Assembly: GCA_026395215.1 (NCBI GenBank)
Contig: JAPLZC010000010.1
Coordinates: 71,371 to 135,370, forward strand
Reading direction: 5' to 3'
DNA: 64,000 nucleotides
From: Candidatus Staskawiczbacteria bacterium
GTDB taxonomy: Bacteria > Patescibacteriota > Minisyncoccia > Minisyncoccales > Staskawiczbacteraceae
In this document: positions 31,717 to 39,915 of the stretch, piece after piece
Layout of the letters: each line of letters starts with the position of its first letter
Numbering within the stretch: position 1 is the stretch's first letter
Notes under the pieces: generated by a model
Told to the model about the DNA's origin: nothing
Databases searched by the model: none
What the model saw: the letters and a program-made list of their open reading frames with translations, nothing else
Position numbers and translations under genes: made by a program

Positions 31717-34137
31717 TTATTTACCGTGGCAGTGTTTATATTTTTTACCGCTACCGCAAGGGCATGGGTCATTTCGGCCGACTTTTTGCTTGCCGGATTC
31801 CACAGCGTGAGATTGAGCAACTGGCTGTGCCTGGGTTTGAATGCCAGCCTTCATAATATTTTCGGCTATATCTGCATCTATTGTTGCCAACAACTGGCCA
31901 AAGGCTTTATGACCCTCATTTTTGTATTCAACCAATGGATCTCTTCCACCATAAGCTCGTAATCTTACAGAGTCTCTAATGTGGTCCATATATGATAAGT
32001 GTTCTTGCCAAAGCATATCGGTAACACGCAAACAAACCATTTTTTCAAGCTGTTTCATATTTTCAGCTCCCACTTCTTTTTCTTTTTCTGTATATTTTTC
32101 CGGCGCAATGCCGGCCTTAGCAAAAATCTCCAGAACTTTTTCTTTCAAGTCTACGCTTTCCAAAAATTCTTTTCTCCTTTTATAAATAATTTCTCTATGC
32201 CTGTTTAAAACATCGTCGTACTCAAGCAAATTATGCCTGGCGTCAAAATTAAATCCTTCAATTTTTTCCTGTGATGTTTCAATTGCCCCCGAAAGCATTC
32301 CTGCCTGAATTGGCTCGTCATCAGGAATTTTTAGAGCGCTCATTAAATTTTTTATTCTTTCTCCCCCAAAAATTCTTACTAAGTCGTCGTCCATCGAAAC
32401 AAAAAATTGTGTGCTTCCAGGATCCCCTTGTCTGCCAGACCTTCCCCTCAACTGGTTGTCTATTCTTCTGGCGTCATGCCTTTCTGTTCCAATTACATGA
32501 AGTCCACCCAACTCTTTTACTTCTTTAGCTTCCTCGGCAGTTGCCGGATTTCCTCCCAAAATTATATCCACTCCGCGTCCCGCCATATTGGTAGCAATTG
32601 TTACAGCGCCTTTTTTGCCAGCCTGAGCCACAATTTCTCCCTCTCTTTCATGATTTTTGGCATTCAAAATGTTGTGCGGGATACCTCTCACTTCCAAAAG
32701 TTTTCCCAAATATTCATTTCTTTCAACAGACCTTGTGCCCACCAAAATTGGCTGGCCTTTTTTATTAATTTCCTCAATTTCTTTTATAACCGCAGTAAAT
32801 TTCCCCACTTCATTTTTGAAAACTTTGTCGGCAAAATCTTTTCTTACTACTTGTCTATGCGGAGGAATTGCTACAGCCTCTAACTTATAAACCTTATCAA
32901 ACTCTTCGGCCGAAGTTATGGCGGTTCCGGTCATTCCGGCCATCTTTTTGTACATTCTAAAATAATTTTGAAAAGTTATTGTGGCCATTGTCACAGATTC
33001 AGGTTTCACAACAGCGCCTTCTTTTGCTTCAACAGCTTGGTGTAATCCAGCAGACCATCGGCGACCGGGCAAAATTCTTCCGGTAAATTCATCTATAATT
33101 AAAATCTCCCCGTTTTTTACAGTATAATCTCTGTCCTTCAAAAACAAAGCCTTAGCCTTTAAAGCAGACTCCAATTGATGAGTTGTAATAACGTCGTTTT
33201 CTAACCACGGATCAAATCCCAAACTTTTTACAACCTTATTTTGGCCTTGGTCTGTAAAAACAGCCGATTTCATTTTTTCATCCAGTTCGTAATCTAAACC
33301 CTTCTCTAAAAATCCTGCAATTCTTGCAAATGTATAATATTTTTCTGTTGCTTCCTCGGCTTGACCAGAAATTATTAAAGGCACTCTTGCCTCATCAATT
33401 AAAATTGAGTCAACTTCGTCAACAATAACAAAATTGTGACCTCTTTGAACTTCCTGGCCACTTTGGTAAACCATATTGTCACGCAAGTAATCAAACCCAA
33501 ATTCATTGTTGGTGCCATAAGTAATATCGGCCGAATATGCCTCCTTCCTAGAAACCGGCTTTAAATAGCTCTCAACCACCTTAAAAGCCCCCATAGCATC
33601 TCTTTCTTTATCAAGGGTACTTTGGTCATTTTGGCCATATAACGGGTCGTAGACATACCCTGATTCGTTGACAATGCATCCTGTAGATAGCCCTAGAGCC
33701 TCATAAACCTGCCCCATCCAAACCATGTCACGTTTGGCCAAATAGTCGTTCACAGTTACAATGTGCACCCCACGGCCTTCCAATGCGTTAAGATAGGCTG
33801 GTAGCGTAGCTGCCAATGTCTTACCCTCTCCAGTACGCATTTCGGCAATTTTACCCTGGTGCAGTATAATTCCTCCAATCATTTGCACATCAAAATGCCT
33901 CATATTCAAGGTTCTTTTCCCCGCCTCGCGCACCAACGCAAAAGCCTCCGGAAGTATGTCGTCCAGGGTTTCCCCTTTGGCCAATCGAGCTTTAAACTCT
34001 TTCGTCTTGTCCTTTACCTGTTCAGCCGAAAACTTTTCAAACTCAGCTTCGAAAGAATTTATCTTCTCAACAATCGGCTGGAGCCCCTTAATAAACTTCT
34101 CATTAGGATCCCCAAAAATTTTAGATAAAATACTCAT
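31717..34137 (-). CDS. secA: Preprotein translocase ATPase SecA
   Basis: 806 aa. MRTGEGKTL Walker A, VDEVDSILIDEA DEAD-like box and the C-terminal zinc finger CPCGSGKKYKHCHG. Confidence 0.97.
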   Translation of the reverse strand: MSILSKIFGDPNEKFIKGLQPIVEKINSFEAEFEKFSAEQVKDKTKEFKARLAKGETLDDILPEAFALVREAGKRTLNMRHFDVQMIGGIILHQGKIAEMRTGEGKTLAATLPAYLNALEGRGVHIVTVNDYLAKRDMVWMGQVYEALGLSTGCIVNESGYVYDPLYGQNDQSTLDKERDAMGAFKVVESYLKPVSRKEAYSADITYGTNNEFGFDYLRDNMVYQSGQEVQRGHNFVIVDEVDSILIDEARVPLIISGQAEEATEKYYTFARIAGFLEKGLDYELDEKMKSAVFTDQGQNKVVKSLGFDPWLENDVITTHQLESALKAKALFLKDRDYTVKNGEILIIDEFTGRILPGRRWSAGLHQAVEAKEGAVVKPESVTMATITFQNYFRMYKKMAGMTGTAITSAEEFDKVYKLEAVAIPPHRQVVRKDFADKVFKNEVGKFTAVIKEIEEINKKGQPILVGTRSVERNEYLGKLLEVRGIPHNILNAKNHEREGEIVAQAGKKGAVTIATNMAGRGVDIILGGNPATAEEAKEVKELGGLHVIGTERHDARRIDNQLRGRSGRQGDPGSTQFFVSMDDDLVRIFGGERIKNLMSALKIPDDEPIQAGMLSGAIETSQEKIEGFNFDARHNLLEYDDVLNRHREIIYKRRKEFLESVDLKEKVLEIFAKAGIAPEKYTEKEKEVGAENMKQLEKMVCLRVTDMLWQEHLSYMDHIRDSVRLRAYGGRDPLVEYKNEGHKAFGQLLATIDADIAENIMKAGIQTQAQPVAQSHAVESGKQKVGRNDPCPCGSGKKYKHCHGK

Positions 34138-34180
34138 ATATATAGATTACACAAAAACCCGCATTAATTCAATCATTTTA

Positions 34181-34216
34181 CAAAAAAAGAACCCACATTT
34201 CCTTACGGTTGTGTGG
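34181..34216 (-). terminator. Rho-independent terminator after the high-GC membrane ORF
   Basis: CCCACA (34191-34196) and TGTGGG (34211-34216). On the minus strand the hairpin is followed by UUCUUUUUUU (plus-strand A-run 34181-34188). It lies 22 nt downstream of the stop at 34238. Confidence 0.6.
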
Positions 34217-34237
34217 GCATGTGCGACATTACTTACT

Positions 34238-34660
34238 TCAGGCCGTAGTTGGGCGACAATTCTGAAGCCGCCGGTTTCTGACCATATCAATCACCTTCAC
34301 TGTTACCGCGAACATTAGTGTAAATATGACGATAGGTAACCAGAGTGCACTGGCTACGGCGAGAATAATAACGACGCCTTCAGACATGTATATCCAGAAG
34401 CTATATGGGGTTGGATATTCCATATCATCTTCGTCTGTCAGCTCCAGCATGAAATGAAGCGACGCCAGAACGAAAACGATTCCAGTAACCCACTTGTACC
34501 ATACCGGAAGCCAGCGCACAATGGCCCATGCCGGATGGCTTGTGATGAAACCAACTCCATGTTTGAAGCACATGACCGCGCAGAATAGCACAAACAGCCA
34601 GAATGCAATTGAAAACACTATTATGAATTTCCTTAGCATGGCAATCTCCCTTTTTGACAA
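34238..34660 (-). CDS. Four-TM membrane protein, compositionally atypical (high GC), function unknown
   Basis: 140-aa ORF with hydrophobic segments (IIVFSIAFWLFVLFCAVMCF, VTGIVFVLASLHFML, VVIILAVASALWLPIVIFTLMFAV). It is visibly more GC-rich than its neighbours and is bracketed by terminators. Confidence 0.6.
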   Translation of the reverse strand: MSKREIAMLRKFIIVFSIAFWLFVLFCAVMCFKHGVGFITSHPAWAIVRWLPVWYKWVTGIVFVLASLHFMLELTDEDDMEYPTPYSFWIYMSEGVVIILAVASALWLPIVIFTLMFAVTVKVIDMVRNRRLQNCRPTTA

Positions 34661-34722
34661 AGAGCAAACCTTTTGCTCCCGTTTTGTCTTTTACATTACT
34701 CTAAAATATACTTTTGTCAAAC

Positions 34723-34753
34723 AAAAAAACCCATACCCTGTCGAATGACGGGG
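34723..34753 (-). terminator. Candidate terminator after hpf
   Basis: Core CCCTGTCGAATGACGGGG (34736-34753), an imperfect hairpin. On the minus strand it is followed after 6 nt by a U7 run (plus-strand A-run 34723-34729). The core is identical to the one inside the terminator at 19464-19496. Confidence 0.4.
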
Positions 34754-34783
34754 ACCCAATTTGGAGGGTGGCTTTGAGAATAG

Positions 34784-35158
34784 TTAGATTTCTGTTTCTT
34801 CTTTAAACTTTCTTTGTTCTCGGCGGACGTTGTCTATCTTTTTGACTTTGTATTTTTCTATTTCCAATTTTAGCTCGTCTTTAGCGGCAACAACGGCTTT
34901 AAACAAGTCATCAGCCCTAGCTTCTGCCATTACACTTTTGCCAGGCAAAACAAGTTGGGCTTTTACCAAATAAACTTCTCCTTTTCTGTGATGCTTTGTT
35001 TCTCTCTCAATTTCCACAAATACCTCTGCCAGAGTTTTCATATTATCCGGCTTTTTTAATATATCTATAAACTTCTTAAGGGTAAAAAATTTCTTTTCTA
35101 TAAAATCATTCAATACTTCACTCTGATCTAAATTTTTTGTTTTTATAATTATTTTCAT
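34784..35158 (-). CDS. hpf: Ribosome hibernation promoting factor (short HPF/RaiA type)
   Basis: 124 aa. MKIIIKTKNLDQSEVLNDFIEKKF...VFVEIERE...VYLVKAQLVLPGKSVMAEARADDLFKAVVAAKDEL matches the S30AE/sigma-54 modulation protein pattern. Confidence 0.8.
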   Translation of the reverse strand: MKIIIKTKNLDQSEVLNDFIEKKFFTLKKFIDILKKPDNMKTLAEVFVEIERETKHHRKGEVYLVKAQLVLPGKSVMAEARADDLFKAVVAAKDELKLEIEKYKVKKIDNVRREQRKFKEETEI

Positions 35159-36096
35159 AATATTTGTATTTCTGTTTTTAAATTAATATTAAATTTTTGT
35201 TTAACTTTTTTTTGGGCTAGCTTAATTAATAATAGAACATCTTTGGATTTTGCGCCACCCAAATTGACTATAAAATTGGCATGCTTTTCTGAAATTTGAG
35301 CTCCACCAATTTTCTTTCCGGCCAAACCACAACTGGCAATAAGATATCCTGCAGGAATTGCTTTATTTTTATTATACTCGCTTAACTCAGGAAATTTCTC
35401 CAATAATTTTTTACTTTTAATTTTTACTTCCGGATTAACAAACACAGACCCGGCCGAAGGAAAAGTCATAGGATGTTTGGCTCTCCTATATTCCAAAAAC
35501 CCTTTTATTCTATCTTTAATTCTTTCTGCGCTCTCACTCTGAAATTTTAAAACGGCCGAAACAATCACCCACCCACTTGGTTTTTTAAAAATACTATTTT
35601 TAAGTGAGAACTTGCACTGCTCTTTTGTAAACTCTTTTATCTCGGGATACCCTTTGGGTCCTTTTAAATTTATTGCTTGAACGCTTTCTATTACATCAGA
35701 AATTTTTGTGCCAAAAGCCTGCGCGTTCCCATAAATTGAACCTCCCACAGTTCCAGGCACACCGGCAGCCCATTCAAAACCCGAAAGTCCTTTTTCTGCC
35801 GTCAAATATGCCAATTTTGTTATATTTGCCCCAGCTCCCACAAACGCCTTGTTCCCCTCTAATTTTATATCAGAATTATCTGCCTTTATTACCAATCCGT
35901 TAAATCCTTTTTCAGAAATTAAAAGATTGCTTCCCCCGCCCAAAATGAAAATAGGAAGTTTTAATGTTTTAGATGTTTTAATTGCATTTAATAAATCATC
36001 TTTATTTTTGGCAACAAAAAAATATTTGGCTGGACCGCCAATTTTGAAAGTAGTATAATTTTTTAGCGAAATATTTTTCTGAAATTTATGTAACAT
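35155..36096 (-). CDS. murB: UDP-N-acetylenolpyruvoylglucosamine reductase
   Basis: 313 aa. LKNYTTFKIGGPAKYF, ILGGGSNLL and GAQISEKHANFIVN motifs. Confidence 0.9.
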   Translation of the reverse strand: MLHKFQKNISLKNYTTFKIGGPAKYFFVAKNKDDLLNAIKTSKTLKLPIFILGGGSNLLISEKGFNGLVIKADNSDIKLEGNKAFVGAGANITKLAYLTAEKGLSGFEWAAGVPGTVGGSIYGNAQAFGTKISDVIESVQAINLKGPKGYPEIKEFTKEQCKFSLKNSIFKKPSGWVIVSAVLKFQSESAERIKDRIKGFLEYRRAKHPMTFPSAGSVFVNPEVKIKSKKLLEKFPELSEYNKNKAIPAGYLIASCGLAGKKIGGAQISEKHANFIVNLGGAKSKDVLLLIKLAQKKVKQKFNINLKTEIQIL

Positions 36097-37775
36097 TATC
36101 CTCCATTCAAAATTTTATTAATTTGCGTTCTTGTTAACGGCCCAACAAAACCGGTTTGGATAATATTATATTTTGTCTGAAACTTTATTACTGCAGATTT
36201 TGTCAGGTTGCCAAAATTTCCAGTAACCAAACCTTCAGGATAAATATCCGCTCCCTGATTTTTCAAAAAGCCCTGCAAACAACTTACTTCGCTATTATTT
36301 TGCATTCCAAAATAAAGGTCACTGCTTATTTGAGAGCAACTCTGTGGATTTGGCACTCCTCTTTGCGCCAAAATATCTGCTATCTGTTTTCTTAAAGATT
36401 CAATTTGCGCCAAAAGTTGTTGTATCAACGCCTGATTGGGATCGGTACCGTTTCCGGTAATTGAAACTGTAAAACTATAAGGATAAATAAGGTCTAACCC
36501 GTCAAACCCAGAAGTTTTTGTCTGCAAAGAAGGAATAATTATCAAAGATTTATAATTTGTACCAAAATTCTGGATATTAATCTCACCTTTTTTATTGTTA
36601 TCAAGTTGCAAAAATTTTACCGAGTAACTATTATCTTTATCATAAAGTATATACGGTACCTGAAAGTTAAGCCCAACTAAACTCGAAAATTCTAATTTTA
36701 AATTTCCACTACCTCCAATAATTTTTTGCCAGTTACCCGCCCAATTTTTAGTTATATTTGTTGCAGACAACGAACTGCTACCCGCTAGCGGTAAAAATAT
36801 AAGAGTGGGGTTTACTCTCAAACTATTTAAATTTTGATTAGAATAACAATATCCTGAATTTTCTGTACAATTATTAACTGCCAAGGTTATAGTCCAATCA
36901 GTAAAAACTTGAGCAAAGTTTTTACCAAATCCGCTTCTTAAAAAAACTTGGTTGATACTTTCAATACCTATTAATTTAGACTTCAAAGAATCTGATAAAA
37001 TATTTAGTCCATAATGCTCAACCAAATATTGTGTAAATAAATTTATGCTGGCATAATCATATTTTGTGCCAGACCAATCGGTTATGGAGTCGGAAGGATT
37101 TTCTACAAAATCCTTAATTCTCTGCTGTAAATTACTGCCTTCATATTTATCATCATATCCTAAAATAGTTGAAGAATAATCGGCCCTTGCTTCATTCAAC
37201 CATGTGTCTTCCTCAACTCCAAAAATTTTATTTTTTTGATTAAACGTTATCAAATGTGTAAACTCGTGACCTAAAACTGTTTTTAAATTAGAGCTTTCAA
37301 TATTTAAAGTAGATAAATATACCATCTCCCTCTCGTTAGAGGTTGGCATTTGAATTTTAATATACCCATCTGCTTCTCTAAAATACCCACCTTCAGTACT
37401 GTTCATTGGTTGAAATAAAATTGTAATTTTAGAATCATTATCTATTCCCGGGCTCCATTCTAAACCAAAAGTAGAAGTTAGTTTGGGATAAATATTATTA
37501 TCAAATTCATTAGACAGGTTATCTAAGTCAACCAAAATTTCTGATTGTTTTGCTTGAGCCTGAGAATCCCACCACAGCTTATCTACATAGAAGTAAAGTC
37601 TTGCGCCTGTTTTTACTAAGGTAGATGATATTTGTGTTCTTCCTGAAACATCAAAACCACTGTCTACATTAAAGTTGACAATATCACCCACGCTAACGGC
37701 CTTTGCATTTCCTGCACCCAAAAACACCGACAAAAAGACAAAAAGGCCAATAAATATAAAATTCCTCTTATTCAT
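36096..37775 (-). CDS. Secreted putative zinc metallopeptidase with a C-terminal peptidoglycan-binding domain
   Basis: 559 aa with a signal peptide (FIFIGLFVFLSVFLGAGNAKA). HExxH motif GHEFTHLI. C-terminal PG_binding_1-like CLQGFLKNQG...GNFGNLTKSAVIKFQ. Confidence 0.6.
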   Translation of the reverse strand: MNKRNFIFIGLFVFLSVFLGAGNAKAVSVGDIVNFNVDSGFDVSGRTQISSTLVKTGARLYFYVDKLWWDSQAQAKQSEILVDLDNLSNEFDNNIYPKLTSTFGLEWSPGIDNDSKITILFQPMNSTEGGYFREADGYIKIQMPTSNEREMVYLSTLNIESSNLKTVLGHEFTHLITFNQKNKIFGVEEDTWLNEARADYSSTILGYDDKYEGSNLQQRIKDFVENPSDSITDWSGTKYDYASINLFTQYLVEHYGLNILSDSLKSKLIGIESINQVFLRSGFGKNFAQVFTDWTITLAVNNCTENSGYCYSNQNLNSLRVNPTLIFLPLAGSSSLSATNITKNWAGNWQKIIGGSGNLKLEFSSLVGLNFQVPYILYDKDNSYSVKFLQLDNNKKGEINIQNFGTNYKSLIIIPSLQTKTSGFDGLDLIYPYSFTVSITGNGTDPNQALIQQLLAQIESLRKQIADILAQRGVPNPQSCSQISSDLYFGMQNNSEVSCLQGFLKNQGADIYPEGLVTGNFGNLTKSAVIKFQTKYNIIQTGFVGPLTRTQINKILNGG

Positions 37776-37831
37776 AAATATGTTCCTTTATCTTATCACA
37801 AAAAGAAGATTGGACAAGAATAAACGCACAA

Positions 37832-38482
37832 TTACCACAAAAAGAGTTTTGGGGACTTTATAATAATTTCCAAGTCTAACAAAATAGACTGATTTTTTAT
37901 ATAGTACAAATCGTACTCAAACTTTTCTCTGGCCTCATTTACTGATTTTGATGGAGGGTAATTTATCTGCGCCCAGCCTATCAAACCAGGCTTTACCAAA
38001 TATCTGTATTTATAGAAAGGAATTTCTTTTTCAAAAACCTTGGCAAATTCTACCCACTCAGCTCTGGGGCCAACAAAACTAATATCCCCTTTTAATATAT
38101 TAATTGCTTGTGGTAACTCATCTAAATGAGTCCTGCGCAAAAATTTACCAACTCTTGTAACGCTACTAACATCCTTCTCTCTCCAAGTTTTCTCATCTTT
38201 TGCAGAATTGTCATGCATTGACCTAAATTTATATAAATTAAAAAGCTTCCCGTTTTTGCCAACTCTGTAATGACAATAAAACACCGGCCCCTTTGAATCT
38301 AATTTTGTTGCCAAAGCAAAAAATGGCAAACAAATTGCAAAAATTATAAATCCAATAGAACCCAAAATTATATCTATTGTTCTTTTTATTACCAAATAAA
38401 ATATATCTCTTTTTTTAGAAGAGATAGATTTAAACCATTTTTCATCAATATTTTCCAAAATGATTTTTTTGGAGTTATCCAT
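37832..38482 (-). CDS. Polyprenyl-phosphate sugar phosphotransferase (bacterial sugar transferase, PglC/WbaP C-terminal type)
   Basis: 216 aa. KRTIDIILGSIGFIIF...SKGPVFY...RVGKNGKLFNLYKFRSM...DELPQAINILKGDISFVGPRA. Confidence 0.9.
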   Translation of the reverse strand: MDNSKKIILENIDEKWFKSISSKKRDIFYLVIKRTIDIILGSIGFIIFAICLPFFALATKLDSKGPVFYCHYRVGKNGKLFNLYKFRSMHDNSAKDEKTWREKDVSSVTRVGKFLRRTHLDELPQAINILKGDISFVGPRAEWVEFAKVFEKEIPFYKYRYLVKPGLIGWAQINYPPSKSVNEAREKFEYDLYYIKNQSILLDLEIIIKSPKLFLW

Positions 38483-38484
38483 TA

Positions 38485-39441
38485 CTATTTTTTAACCTGA
38501 GTTAATATCCACTTATAAGTTCTATCTAACCCTTCTTCCAAAGAAATTTTAGGCTCCCAATTTAAAACCTGCTTACAAAGCGTATTATCCGAATTCCTCC
38601 CCCTTACACCTTGTGGTTTAGTTGCATCATAAACTTTTCCTATCTTTTTGCCGGCAATTTTTGAAATAATATCAATCATGTCATCAACACTAACCAATCT
38701 GTCAGAACCAATATTTAATACTTCTTTAAAATCAGACCTCATCAAATTGTTAATGCCATCTACACAATCATCTATATAACAAAAAGATCTTGTTTGTTTG
38801 CCATCTCCCCAGACCTCTATACTGTTGCCATCTTGAGCTAATGCAACTTTCCTGGATAAAGATGCGGGGGCCTTTGCCCTTTCACCGTCGTAAGTTCCCT
38901 CCGGCCCAAAGATGTTATGAAATCTGGCAATTCTCACATCATAAAATTGTTCATAACTTCTATACAGTCTTTCAGAAAACAACTTCTCCCAACCATATTC
39001 ACTATCAGGAACCGCAGGATAAGCGTCACTCTCCTTTAGCGCAACAACTGCTGTTTCTTCCTGCCTGTACTTTGGGTAAACACAAGCTGATGAAGAGTAA
39101 AACAATCTCTTAACTTTATTTACCCTTGCAGCTTCAGCCGTATTAGCATTTATGCAAACATTATTGTAAAGAATATCAGATGTATGGAACATAATAAAAC
39201 CCATTCCCCCCATGTCGGCAGCTAAAGCATAAACTTCATCTATGCCATTTGTAGCCTTTAAGCAATTGTCTAAATATCTTAAATCAAGCACCAAAAATTC
39301 ATCCGCCTCATCCTTAGGCGAATATTCGGGCTCTTTAATATCAACCCCTCTTACCCAATAACCCTGCTTCTTTAAAAACCTTACTAGGTGATGCCCAATA
39401 AACCCTCCTGCCCCCGTTACTAAAACTTTTTTTTGTTCCAT
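38485..39441 (-). CDS. GDP-mannose 3,5-epimerase-like SDR
   Basis: 318 aa. VTGAGGFIGHH. The string LAADMGGMGFI...SSACVYP...LKESDAYPAVPDSEYGWEKL...RFHNIFGP...KAPA...WGDGKQTRSF...VRGRNSDN closely tracks the GME sequence as I remember it. Confidence 0.75.
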   Translation of the reverse strand: MEQKKVLVTGAGGFIGHHLVRFLKKQGYWVRGVDIKEPEYSPKDEADEFLVLDLRYLDNCLKATNGIDEVYALAADMGGMGFIMFHTSDILYNNVCINANTAEAARVNKVKRLFYSSSACVYPKYRQEETAVVALKESDAYPAVPDSEYGWEKLFSERLYRSYEQFYDVRIARFHNIFGPEGTYDGERAKAPASLSRKVALAQDGNSIEVWGDGKQTRSFCYIDDCVDGINNLMRSDFKEVLNIGSDRLVSVDDMIDIISKIAGKKIGKVYDATKPQGVRGRNSDNTLCKQVLNWEPKISLEEGLDRTYKWILTQVKK

Positions 39442-39453
39442 ATTTTAATAAAA

Positions 39454-39903
39454 TTACTTATAAATAGACTTCTTATTTTCTTCTAAAAATTTCTTGTGCA
39501 CAGGGTGAACATTGTCAGGCGTAGCCTTAAATATTTTAACTTCTGTTGAATTATCATCTTTAGCAATTTTGTCACCCTTCAACTTTACCAGAAAAACCAT
39601 ACTCACGCTATGAACGTGCAGTCCGTCTTTATTTATCTCATCTGGAAACTCCATAAACCCAATTAATTTTTTTTCCGGAATTTCAACACCCAGCTCTCCC
39701 CCTATTATCCTTTTTGAAGCATCTTCTATTGTTTCCTTATGGTAAACCATGCCACCCGGTAAATGCCACATCCCCTTACACGGTTCAATAGCTCTTTTAG
39801 AAAGAACAACTCCTCCATTTTGTACAACAACAAAATCCAAGCAAAGCCTAGGCACCCGTTCAAAAATAAATTTATATTCCTCGTCAGTCAATTTTTGAAT
39901 CAT
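39454..39903 (-). CDS. NUDIX hydrolase (GDP-mannose mannosyl hydrolase-like)
   Basis: 149 aa. The degenerate Nudix box LPGGMVYHKETIEDASKRIIGGELGV is typical of the GDP-sugar hydrolase branch. It is adjacent to the GME-like gene. Confidence 0.65.
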   Translation of the reverse strand: MIQKLTDEEYKFIFERVPRLCLDFVVVQNGGVVLSKRAIEPCKGMWHLPGGMVYHKETIEDASKRIIGGELGVEIPEKKLIGFMEFPDEINKDGLHVHSVSMVFLVKLKGDKIAKDDNSTEVKIFKATPDNVHPVHKKFLEENKKSIYK

Positions 39904-39915
39904 ATTGTTAGATTA

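Noticed and set aside
34425-34667. Alternative 80-aa minus-strand ORF and an 84-aa plus-strand ORF overlapping the high-GC membrane gene
   Set aside because: Both overlap the longer 140-aa ORF, which has coherent TM segments. High GC inflates spurious ORFs in the other frames.
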